From positions 1,420 through 65,419 of the forward strand of contig JAZPYB010000009.1 in the NCBI GenBank assembly GCA_045543955.1: a DNA stretch of 64,000 nucleotides. Reading direction: 5' to 3'. Below the pieces are notes generated by a model. The model was given only the letters and a program-made list of their open reading frames with translations, made no database searches and had not been told where the DNA came from. The DNA comes from Eubacteriales bacterium. Lineage in GTDB: Bacteria > Bacillota > Clostridia > Oscillospirales > CAG-272. Both the position numbers and the translations under genes were made by a program. Below, in pieces: positions 7,570 to 15,260 of this stretch. Numbering within the stretch: the first letter of the stretch is position 1; each line of letters begins with the position of its first letter.

Positions 7570-8694
7570 TTATTTCCTTCTTTCTACAAAATCCTTTAAA
7601 ATTTCTGGGATTTTAATATTTTGTGGGCAAACAGCTTGACAAGCACCACAGGAAAGACAAGCGTTTGGTCGCTTGTTTTCCGGCAAGGAATTTAAGCTCA
7701 TACCAACAATAAATCCACCACCGGAGAAAACCTGCTCGTTGTAAAGGGATATTAGCTTTGGAATGTCAAGCTCCATAGGGCAGTATTCCGTACAGTAGCG
7801 ACAAGATGTGCATGGCACACACGCAGTCATTTTTCTGCCAAGCGCCAAGACCTTTTCAAATTCCTCACTGTCAAATGGCTTGAATTCTTCAAAGGTTTTA
7901 ATATTTTCCTTAATTTGCTCAAGGCTAGACATACCAGAGAGGGTAACCAAAGCCTCGGGAATTGATTGAATGAATCTGAATGCAAACGAAGGCGCAGTTT
8001 CATCTTCGCGTATAGCCTTTAAATCGGCTAGCTCGTTTTCGTTCAAATTAGCAAGTCTGCCACCGCGCACCGGCTCCATAACCCAAATTGGAATATTTAG
8101 CTTTTTTAGATAATCAACCTTAGCCTTTGCATCTTGAAATTCATAGTCGAGATAGTTTAATTGAATTTGGCAAAACTCCATATGCTCGCCATACATATCT
8201 AAAAACCTTTTGAAATTCTCAAAGGTTGCGTGGGTAGAGAAGCCTAAATGCTTAATTCTGCCGTTTTTCTTTTGCTCAAGTAGATATTCAACTGTTTTAT
8301 ATTTAGGGTCTAAATAATACTCTATATTAGCCTCACAAACATTATGTACAAGATAAAAATCGAAGTAGTCAACCTGACATTTTTTTAATTGCTCCTCGAA
8401 AATCTCGGCAACCTTGCCCATATTGTTAACATCATAGCCTGGGAATTTAGTTGCCAAATAAAAGCTCTCTCTTGGATAGCGCGCTAGGTTTTTACCAACA
8501 ACAAGCTCACTCTTGCCCATATGATAACCCCAAGCAGTGTCAAAATAGTTAACACCGTTTGCAAAAGCATAGTCAAAAATCTCGGCAGTCTTTTCCTCGT
8601 CTATTTTTGATGAATCCCCATCAATTGTAGGGAAGCGCATTGTGCCAAGCCCAAGTGCAGACAATTTTAGCCCCTTAAAATCTCTGTAAATCAT
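7570..8694 (-). CDS. aldo/keto reductase with C-terminal 2x[4Fe-4S] ferredoxin-like domain
   Basis: Trimmed to MIYRDFKGLKLSALGLGTMRF (ATG 8694). AKR barrel, then CTSCRYCTEYCP and CLSCGACQAVCP motifs. Confidence 0.85.
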   Translation of the reverse strand: MIYRDFKGLKLSALGLGTMRFPTIDGDSSKIDEEKTAEIFDYAFANGVNYFDTAWGYHMGKSELVVGKNLARYPRESFYLATKFPGYDVNNMGKVAEIFEEQLKKCQVDYFDFYLVHNVCEANIEYYLDPKYKTVEYLLEQKKNGRIKHLGFSTHATFENFKRFLDMYGEHMEFCQIQLNYLDYEFQDAKAKVDYLKKLNIPIWVMEPVRGGRLANLNENELADLKAIREDETAPSFAFRFIQSIPEALVTLSGMSSLEQIKENIKTFEEFKPFDSEEFEKVLALGRKMTACVPCTSCRYCTEYCPMELDIPKLISLYNEQVFSGGGFIVGMSLNSLPENKRPNACLSCGACQAVCPQNIKIPEILKDFVERRK

Positions 8695-8753
8695 AATTGC
8701 TCCTAATAATATCTTGATAATTTTATTATAGCACCTTTGATTTTTCAATGCAA

Positions 8754-9443
8754 CTAATTCTTTTGATATTTCTCCATTCGCTTCCAACTAATAAATCCAT
8801 AAATATCGTTTGCCAAGAACATTACAAAGCAGAGAATCATTGGAATATACGACGGATTTTCAATGGAAGCCAGCACCCAAAGAATAATCAAAACAATGTC
8901 GTTTGCCGAATAGCCTATTGCGTAATACGGGCTTCGCATAAAGGTCATATAAACAGCTAAAAAGCTAGTGGTTACAGATATTGTGCTAAAGATAAGATTT
9001 TCAGTTCCAAGTGCCTTTAAAATAAAATAGAATATAGCTGTTACAATGGCGGTAAAGAAAAGCATTAAAGCAATTTGCTTTTTTGTCATTTTGTGAACTT
9101 TTACTGTTTTGGTGTTATTGTATGGGTTGCGAGCCCAAGAAATAATGGCTAAAATTGCCATCGGTGCACTCATACCAAGATAAGTAATCATTTCTCCATA
9201 ATATCTAAAATGGAAGGAAATAATGCCATAAAAAACCGCGAAAACAACACAAAGCGCTTGACCTATCACATACCCCTTGGCAACAAAAATAAGAGCCGTA
9301 ACACCGACTAAAGAAGCCGAAAGTGTTAAATAATCCTTTTCGGGCACGCAAAGAAAGGAAATGGTAACTACAATAAGCGAGGCAATCCACAAGGCGCGCT
9401 CAAAAATTGTTAAATCCTTAAAGGGATTAGAAATCTTTTTCAT
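8754..9443 (-). CDS. pnuC: nicotinamide riboside transporter PnuC
   Basis: 229 aa, 7-8 TM segments, WARNPY and ANDIxLIxLW-type motifs, AAGGAAG RBS. Confidence 0.8.
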   Translation of the reverse strand: MKKISNPFKDLTIFERALWIASLIVVTISFLCVPEKDYLTLSASLVGVTALIFVAKGYVIGQALCVVFAVFYGIISFHFRYYGEMITYLGMSAPMAILAIISWARNPYNNTKTVKVHKMTKKQIALMLFFTAIVTAIFYFILKALGTENLIFSTISVTTSFLAVYMTFMRSPYYAIGYSANDIVLIILWVLASIENPSYIPMILCFVMFLANDIYGFISWKRMEKYQKN

Positions 9444-9554
9444 ATAATCTTCCTTTTATAAGCCACAAAAAAATAGAGCACTTTTATGTATCTTCAAAGA
9501 CCTAACGATACACAAAAATGCTACCCGGTGGCAGTTTTTATTTTTTCTGAAACA

Positions 9555-9583
9555 ATTATAGCACCTTGATAATTATTTGTCAA
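9555..9583 (-). promoter_or_regulatory. sigma-A type promoter of pnuC
   Basis: Minus strand reads TTGACA, 17 nt, TGC-TATAAT (TG-extended -10). Lies about 105 nt upstream of the start codon. Confidence 0.6.
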
Positions 9584-9592
9584 TAAAAACTA

Positions 9593-9621
9593 TTGCAAAG
9601 ACAATTTTTTTGTGATATACT
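9593..9621 (+). promoter_or_regulatory. sigma-A type promoter of tRNA-Ser
   Basis: TTGCAA, 17 nt, TGA-TATACT. The tRNA starts about 19 nt downstream. Confidence 0.55.
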
Positions 9622-9639
9622 ATCTAGGCTAATAAATTT

Positions 9640-9731
9640 GCAGGATTACTCAAGTGGTTTAAGAGGCGTGACTCGAAATCTCGTAGGGCGTTAATAGCGT
9701 CGCCTGAGTTCAAATCTCAGATCCTGCGCCA
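9640..9731 (+). tRNA. tRNA-Ser (anticodon CGA), type II with long variable arm, CCA encoded
   Basis: Acceptor GCAGGAT/ATCCTGC. D stem CTC/GAG. Anticodon stem CGTGA/TCTCG with loop CT-CGA-AA. ~21-nt variable arm. T arm CTGAG-TTCAAAT-CTCAG. Discriminator G plus CCA. Confidence 0.9.
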
Positions 9732-9735
9732 AAAA

Positions 9736-9766
9736 ACCGACAAGCTGTTTGGCTTGTCGGTTTTTA
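9736..9766. terminator. intrinsic terminator (serves tRNA-Ser and the convergent transporter gene)
   Basis: ACCGACAAGC-TGTTTG-GCTTGTCGGT followed by TTTTT. An A-run lies on the other side. Confidence 0.8.
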
Positions 9767-9777
9767 TTTGTTTTACC

Positions 9778-11691
9778 TTATATAGTTTTTGGCAAAGCAT
9801 ATTTTTGCGAATAGCTACTATAAAGCTCGTTGAAGTTTTTGCCACCCGCCTTTATTTCACGAACAGATTCGTGAAGGTTTAGATTGTCATTCGCTGTGTC
9901 GATTATACAAGCAGCAATGTTTGAGCAGTGGTCAGCTGTTCTTTCAAGATTGGTAAGAATATCAGACCAAACAAAGCCGGCAGAAATAGAGCAGTTGCCC
10001 TGTTGTAAACGATAAATATGTCTTGTTCTTAGCTGTTCCTTTAGCTCGTCCACAACCTGTTCAAGCGGTTCAATTTTATAAGCAATGCTTAAATCATTTT
10101 TAGAGAATGCCTCAAGGGAAAGGTCAAGTATTTCTCTTACTGCATCACTAAGAACTACAATTTCAGCCTTGGCATTGTCGGAGAATTCAATTTCCTTTTC
10201 CTTCATTTCCTCAGCTGACTCAACTATGTTGACTGCGTGGTCGGAAATTCTTTCAAAGTCGCCGATTAGTCTTAGTAGCTTAGCAGTTTCATCACCCGAT
10301 TTTTCATTGATTTGATGACTGCTGAGCTTGACAAGATACGTTCCTATAACGTCCTCATAGTGGTCGGTTTTGTCTTCAATTTTTCGTATGCTTTCTGCAT
10401 CCTCCTTTGAATAGCTAATAAGCGAGGACAAGCTGGTATCAAGTGCACCGATTGCATCCTTTGCCATTGTAACAGTTGCATCACGGCAAACGCCAAGAGC
10501 AACAGCAGGAGTATTTAAAAGTCTTTCGTCAATAACAAGCTTGTTTTCCTTTTCGTCATTTCCCTCTGGCATAATCTTGTATGCAAGCTTTTCAAGAAGG
10601 TTGGCACAAGGAAGCAGGATAAGTGTACCGATAACGTTAAAGAGAGTGTGCATTGTAGCAATGCTGATTTGTGTTGCACCATCGTCCATTATAGGAATTA
10701 GCTTTAAGAAGTAAATGAATATGTAGAATGCGATGAGCATTATAGTAGTGCCGATAATATTAAAGGCCAAGTGAACAATAGCAGTTCTCTTACCATTTTT
10801 ATTAGCACCTGCTGAAGAGAGAACAGCAGTTATACAAGTACCGATATTCTGACCCATAATAATAGGTAAGGCAACGCCGTTTGTAATTCCAGAGCCTGCA
10901 GTTGCAGCAAGCGCTTGAAGAATACCAACAGATGCAGATGAGGACTGAATAATAGCTGTGAAAACAGCACCGGCAGCCACAGCCGCAATTGGCGCAAACC
11001 AGCCAAGAGGTGTACCCTCACCAAAGAATGCAAAGACCTTATTTACAACAGAGTTTATTGCCGGCGTATTTGCAGAATCTGACATAATAGTCATACCAAA
11101 CATAAGTGTAGCAAAGCCGAGCAAGATCATACCGATGTCCTTTTTTCTGCTCGATTTGGAAACCATATAAAGAACTAAGCCAATAAGAGCAAGAATAGGA
11201 ACAAATGTATCAGGCTTGAAAAACTTTAGCAAAAAGCCTGCCTCACTTGGGATTTGGTCAAGGGATAAAATCCAAGCAGTGATTGTTGTACCAACATTTG
11301 CACCCATTATTACGTGAATTGCTTGTCTTAGAGTCATAAGGCCCGAGGTAACAAAGCCAACAACCATAACAGTGGTAGCAGATGAGGATTGAATAACCGA
11401 GGTAACGACCATACCTGTTAAAAAGCCGAGCATTTTGTTTGATGTGAATTTTCCAAGCAATGCTTGAAGCTTATTACCGGCAGCCCTTTCAAGCGACTCG
11501 CCCATTACGTTCATACCGAACATAAAAAGGCAAAGACCACCAAGCAGGGTAAGAACCGAGAAGCCTATACTGTCCATAAAGCTTTCAATTCCGTCAAGGC
11601 CGAATACAGCTGCGCAAATAATTATCGCAATTAACAGAGTAGCTATAACGCCTATGCTTGAAAACATAATTATACGTTTTTTCTTTGTCAT
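9778..11691 (-). CDS. Na/Pi cotransporter family protein with C-terminal PhoU-like domain
   Basis: Trimmed to MTKKKRII (ATG 11691). Duplicated QSSSAT/QSSSAS motifs in the TM region. Helical PhoU-like tail. Confidence 0.85.
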   Translation of the reverse strand: MTKKKRIIMFSSIGVIATLLIAIIICAAVFGLDGIESFMDSIGFSVLTLLGGLCLFMFGMNVMGESLERAAGNKLQALLGKFTSNKMLGFLTGMVVTSVIQSSSATTVMVVGFVTSGLMTLRQAIHVIMGANVGTTITAWILSLDQIPSEAGFLLKFFKPDTFVPILALIGLVLYMVSKSSRKKDIGMILLGFATLMFGMTIMSDSANTPAINSVVNKVFAFFGEGTPLGWFAPIAAVAAGAVFTAIIQSSSASVGILQALAATAGSGITNGVALPIIMGQNIGTCITAVLSSAGANKNGKRTAIVHLAFNIIGTTIMLIAFYIFIYFLKLIPIMDDGATQISIATMHTLFNVIGTLILLPCANLLEKLAYKIMPEGNDEKENKLVIDERLLNTPAVALGVCRDATVTMAKDAIGALDTSLSSLISYSKEDAESIRKIEDKTDHYEDVIGTYLVKLSSHQINEKSGDETAKLLRLIGDFERISDHAVNIVESAEEMKEKEIEFSDNAKAEIVVLSDAVREILDLSLEAFSKNDLSIAYKIEPLEQVVDELKEQLRTRHIYRLQQGNCSISAGFVWSDILTNLERTADHCSNIAACIIDTANDNLNLHESVREIKAGGKNFNELYSSYSQKYALPKTI

Positions 11692-11808
11692 ATTTTTCTC
11701 CTTTTTGTGTGATATTTGCATCACAAAATACAACTACATTTTATCATTTTGTGTCGAAACTAAAAACCATTAGACAGTAAAGCCTATGTAAATTTAGTGT
11801 AAAGGAAA

Positions 11809-11831
11809 AGCGAGATGACTAGCATCTCGCT
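11809..11831 (-). terminator. intrinsic terminator after the histidine kinase gene
   Basis: AGCGAGATG-ACTA-GCATCTCGCT, with a T-rich tract on the minus strand. Confidence 0.65.
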
Positions 11832-11835
11832 TATA

Positions 11836-13530
11836 TTATTTTTTAAATACGACCTTGATAGTAGTACCAACATCAAGCTCGCTTTCAATCTCTAGCGTTG
11901 CACCATAAAGCGCACAAATATGCTTGACGATAGCAAGACCAAGACCGGTGCCCCCTGTCTTTTTTGAGTGAGATTTGTCAACGCGATAAAAGCGCTGGCA
12001 GAGCATAGGAATATGCTTTTTGTCAATTCCAATTCCCGTGTCGGAAATTGAAATGGTTGCACTCTCTTCATTTTCTGAAAGCTCAACCCTAATGCTGCCA
12101 TTTTGCTTGTTATAGTTAACTGCGTTAGAACAGAGGTTGGAGGCAATCTCGTATATCTTTTTCGGGTCAGCGGATATTGTTGCATTTCCTATTAATTCAT
12201 ATGAAATATTTTTTTGCTCCATTTTTTCGCTAAGCTCGTCAAAAGCCTCTTTAAATGTGTCACCAAGATTTATATTTATTGACAGTAGCTCAGGCTCCTC
12301 GCCTCTTTCTAGGCGGCTGAGCTTTAGCATATCGGAAATTAAAGAGCCTAGACGTATGCTTTCCTTGTGGATTCGTTCAACTCGCTTAGCTGTTGCCGCG
12401 CTTATTTCCTCGTCCCCAAGCAAAAGCTCGGAAAGACCTTGCATGACAGTGATAGGAGTTTTTAATTCGTGTGAGGCATTAGCAAAGAATTCACTTTTTT
12501 GCTTAGCAATTAAGCGCTCGTTTGTAATATCGGTAATTATTATAATCGAGGAGATTTTGATATCGTCCTTTGCCACCTCGTGCGTGGTTATGGCAAGGTA
12601 TCTGTCGTGTAATTTGAATTCAATTGTGGCATTTTCAGAAAGATGCTCGGAAATCTTATTATAAAGCTCCACATTGTCGATAAGCTCAAGTAAGCTTTTG
12701 CCAGATTTAAAGGTGCTATCTAAAATCGTTGTCGCACTTTTGTTAGCAAAAACTGCTTCGCCCTTATCGTTTATAGCAATAATGCCTTGAGAAATATTTT
12801 CAAGGAGCTTGTTTAGCTTTTTGTGCTCACGCTCCATTTCTCGTATGTGCGCGTGTGTGCTTTCATTAAGCTCGTTTATCTCGCAAAGCACCGAGTAAAA
12901 TTCAGGCTCGCTTGCCTTTGCTTCAATAGGCACGTATTCGCCCTTGTTTAAGCTCTTTAGGCTATTTCCCACCTTGACAATTCTTTCGGAAATTCCAAGG
13001 GATAAAAAGTGAGAAATTATAATAGAGAGAACAAGCGCAACGAATAAAACGACTATGAGAAGTGGCAAAATAAGTGTCAAATATGAAGAAATCTCACTGC
13101 TTCTGATGGCAAGTCTTAAAATTACGGTTTTGCCACTATCAAGCTTAACCTTCATTGCGTAATACGTCATTTCACAATCAAATGTTTCGGAATATCTTTT
13201 AATGGTTTTTGGGGTGTCGTTTAATGCATTTTGAAACTCCTCACGGTCCAAGTGATTTTCAAGCTCACCACGTGTATCACTTTCCAAAAGCACATTACCA
13301 TTTGTATCAAAAATAGTAACACGGAATTTGTCATTTCCCTCGTAAACCTTAAATTCGTCAAATTCGCCCTCGTCGTTCAGGAGCAGAGCAACGATTTTTG
13401 TTTCCTCAATAAGCCTTTCTGTCATCATCTTTTCAGCATTCAGCTTAATTGCCAAAAAGCCAAAAATAAACATAAGAAGGGTAGAGGCAAGAGTTACTGC
13501 AAAGAATCTAAAAAATATTTTTCTTTTCAT
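11836..13530 (-). CDS. sensor histidine kinase (PhoR-like)
   Basis: Two TM segments, PAS-like region, H-box SHELKTP, and N/G1/G2 ATPase boxes (NAVNY, DTGIGI, GGTGLGL). Confidence 0.85.
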   Translation of the reverse strand: MKRKIFFRFFAVTLASTLLMFIFGFLAIKLNAEKMMTERLIEETKIVALLLNDEGEFDEFKVYEGNDKFRVTIFDTNGNVLLESDTRGELENHLDREEFQNALNDTPKTIKRYSETFDCEMTYYAMKVKLDSGKTVILRLAIRSSEISSYLTLILPLLIVVLFVALVLSIIISHFLSLGISERIVKVGNSLKSLNKGEYVPIEAKASEPEFYSVLCEINELNESTHAHIREMEREHKKLNKLLENISQGIIAINDKGEAVFANKSATTILDSTFKSGKSLLELIDNVELYNKISEHLSENATIEFKLHDRYLAITTHEVAKDDIKISSIIIITDITNERLIAKQKSEFFANASHELKTPITVMQGLSELLLGDEEISAATAKRVERIHKESIRLGSLISDMLKLSRLERGEEPELLSININLGDTFKEAFDELSEKMEQKNISYELIGNATISADPKKIYEIASNLCSNAVNYNKQNGSIRVELSENEESATISISDTGIGIDKKHIPMLCQRFYRVDKSHSKKTGGTGLGLAIVKHICALYGATLEIESELDVGTTIKVVFKK

Positions 13531-14192
13531 TTTGTCTCGTAGCGATAACCAATGCCACGCACGGTTACAATGCTATCCTCTCCGCCAGCCTGTTTGATTT
13601 TTTCACGCAGGGAAGCAATATGCATATCAATAGTTCTTGTTTCTCCAATGTAGCTCTCGCCCCAAACCTCACGGAAAAGCTCCTCACGTTCAATAGTAAT
13701 TCCTGCCTTGCTAATAAGTAGCTTTAGGAGCAAAAATTCCTTCATTGTAAGACCAAGGTCCTTGCCCTCAAAAAATATTTTATAAACATTGTTGTCAACA
13801 TTAAATCCGTCAGCCTTAGTTATATATAGGTTAGCACGTCTTAGGTTGGTTTTGACTCTTGCTAAAAGCTCCATAATGGAAAATGGCTTTGCCATATAGT
13901 CGTCAGCGCCCTTGTTTAGCCCCTTTACAAAGCTGATTTCATCACTTTTTGCACTAACTATAATTACAGGCACACGTTCATCAAGCTGTCTAATTTTGGA
14001 AAGAATAGTATATCCATCCATATCGGGGAGCATTATATCTAGAATTACAAGGTCAGGTCTTTTGAGCGAAAACTCAGCTAAAAAATCAGTGCCGTTTTCA
14101 AAGAACATAGTTTTGTAGGTGTCCTCAAATGCGCCCTCATAAACCTCGCAAACACCCTCATCGTCCTCGACAATATAAATAAGTGATTCCAT
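13527..14192 (-). CDS. OmpR/PhoB-family response regulator
   Basis: Receiver domain (DLVILDIMLPDMDG) plus winged-helix C-terminus (VRGIGYRY). 4-nt overlap with the kinase gene. Confidence 0.9.
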   Translation of the reverse strand: MESLIYIVEDDEGVCEVYEGAFEDTYKTMFFENGTDFLAEFSLKRPDLVILDIMLPDMDGYTILSKIRQLDERVPVIIVSAKSDEISFVKGLNKGADDYMAKPFSIMELLARVKTNLRRANLYITKADGFNVDNNVYKIFFEGKDLGLTMKEFLLLKLLISKAGITIEREELFREVWGESYIGETRTIDMHIASLREKIKQAGGEDSIVTVRGIGYRYETK

Positions 14193-14320
14193 AAAGCCTC
14201 CTAATTGTGATATATTGACAATTATACATAATAATTATACCATAGTGTGAAAATCAAATCAACAATTCATTTGTCAAGCCTTTGTAAATTTTATAAGCTC
14301 TTAAAAACAAGCAAAATCTG

Positions 14321-14349
14321 TTGACACGTGTCTGGTTTTGTGGTAAAAT
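14321..14349 (+). promoter_or_regulatory. sigma-A type promoter
   Basis: TTGACA, 17 nt, TGG-TAAAAT. Lies 28 nt upstream of the DUF1292 start. Confidence 0.6.
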
Positions 14350-14376
14350 ATAAAAACAAAGGAAAGGACGGAGACT

Positions 14377-14628
14377 ATGGCTAACAATAAGAATTTTCTT
14401 ACATTTGAAAATGAAGACGGGACAGAAAGCGTATATGAGCTTGTTGCTGAGTGCGAAATAAACGGAAATACCTATGTTGCCGTTACCCCAACTGAATATT
14501 ACGTCCTTAAAAAAATCAAATCAGGCAAAAAGGAAGATACCTATGTGCCGGTCGACGGCGAGGAATTAAACAAGGTTTGCCCGATTTTTGATGCAAAAAT
14601 TAACATTATCGACCACGATAATGAATAA
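14377..14628 (+). CDS. DUF1292 domain-containing protein
   Basis: 83 aa, GGACGGAG RBS. The pattern FENEDGTESVYELVAECEINGNTYVAVTP is typical of DUF1292. Confidence 0.7.
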   Translation: MANNKNFLTFENEDGTESVYELVAECEINGNTYVAVTPTEYYVLKKIKSGKKEDTYVPVDGEELNKVCPIFDAKINIIDHDNE

Positions 14629-14705
14629 TTGAGGCATTTAATACATAAACTAGTTTTACTTTGAGGTATCAACCATTTAAAACGGCATCAAAGCTTGTGG
14701 CTAAG

Positions 14706-14750
14706 CCTTCTCAAGTGGGAGAAGGTGTCAACGCAGTTGACGGATTAGGT
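14706..14750 (+). repeat. two-hairpin intergenic repeat, copy C
   Basis: CCTTCTC-AAGTGG-GAGAAGG T GTCAAC-GCA-GTTGAC GGATTAGGT. Confidence 0.85.
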
Positions 14751-14847
14751 GTACAAAGGCGTTACTAAAATTTAATAATTAAAACCTGCTATGTTTGTGA
14801 TAGAGTGATGTATTCGAGCTACACTTATTAAAAGGAGTCTTATATCC

Positions 14848-15035
14848 TATACCGGTGTGCAGGCCTCCTATCCCCTCCTCTTAATGAGACAAAGGTCGGA
14901 CGAGGGCAAGATAGATGTTGGAAGCAGAAAAGGTATTATGCGGACACCACCTTGTTTAGAACAAGGTTCAAATGGTTATTCTACACGGCACGGTGGGCTA
15001 AAAATAAAAGAATGCCCCTATAAAGGGGCTTTTTA
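14848..15035 (+). ncRNA. candidate structured RNA of unknown class, ending in an intrinsic terminator
   Basis: GC-rich island in an AT-rich spacer. Helices visible by eye: CTATCCCCTC/GAGGGcaaGATAG, ACCTTGTT-TAG-AACAAGGT, and ACCG-GTGTG pairing with CACAC..CGGT near the ends. Terminator GCCCCT-ATAA-AGGGGC plus TTTTT at 15014-15035. The 5' boundary is uncertain. Confidence 0.3.
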
Positions 15036-15159
15036 TATTTAACTAAAAATGCTCAAATTGTAAAGAGAACTTTGTTATATAGTTATTAAAAATATGCTTT
15101 TTTTGTTTAAAATGCGCAAAAATAGAATTTTTATAATTTGTTAAAAAATACAAAAATTG

Positions 15160-15196
15160 TGCAACCTGCCAAAAACATGCTAGGTTGCATTTTTTT
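15160..15196 (+). terminator. intrinsic terminator-like hairpin directly upstream of the LRR-2 promoter
   Basis: TGCAACCT, 14-nt loop, AGGTTGCA, then T7. Confidence 0.55.
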
Positions 15197-15197
15197 G

Positions 15198-15226
15198 TTT
15201 ACATTTCAAGAATTTTGTGATAAAAT
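15198..15226 (+). promoter_or_regulatory. sigma-A type promoter of LRR surface protein 2
   Basis: TTTACA, 17 nt, TGA-TAAAAT. Confidence 0.55.
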
Positions 15227-15260
15227 TATTATGTATAAATATTATTTAAGGAGAAAAATT

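Noticed and set aside
7441-7640. Flank duplications like those at copies A and B for repeat copies C, D and F2
   Set aside because: Only weak similarity was found. At copy D, about 65-70 percent identity over ~30 nt links 7445-7474 to an internal AKR segment at 7606-7635. At copy C the flanks share only TTAAAAC and TTGTG. At copy F2 the short words AGTTAAC, AAAGAAT and AAAATGA are shared but in a different order. In AT-rich DNA this could be chance.
9640-9780. Mobile element integrated at tRNA-Ser
   Set aside because: The tRNA is intact with its own terminator. The next gene is a housekeeping-type Na/Pi transporter. There is no integrase and no direct repeat of the tRNA 3' end in the window.
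12137-12664. Long antisense or alternate-frame ORFs inside well-supported genes (for example 12137-12664, 48125-48640, 52098-52580, 53384-53749, 60617-61250)
   Set aside because: Each lies within a gene that has clear family motifs on the other strand or frame. Their compositions are Ser/Leu/Ile-rich as expected from antisense AT-rich coding DNA, and none has an RBS.
14848-15035. Assigning the structured island to SRP RNA, tmRNA, RNase P, 6S RNA or a T-box
   Set aside because: The segment has an AGGTCGGA...GGAAGCAG resemblance to SRP helix 8, but the intervening loop is far too large. It lacks the tmRNA GGGG 5' end and tag frame, the RNase P GAGGAAAGTCC core and the T-box sequence. I left it unclassified.
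14857-15042. 61-aa ORF (MQASYPLLLMRQRSDEGK...) as a protein gene
   Set aside because: It has a GTG start with no SD. It lies entirely within a GC-rich helix-forming segment and reads through the terminator hairpin. An RNA or non-coding explanation is more likely.
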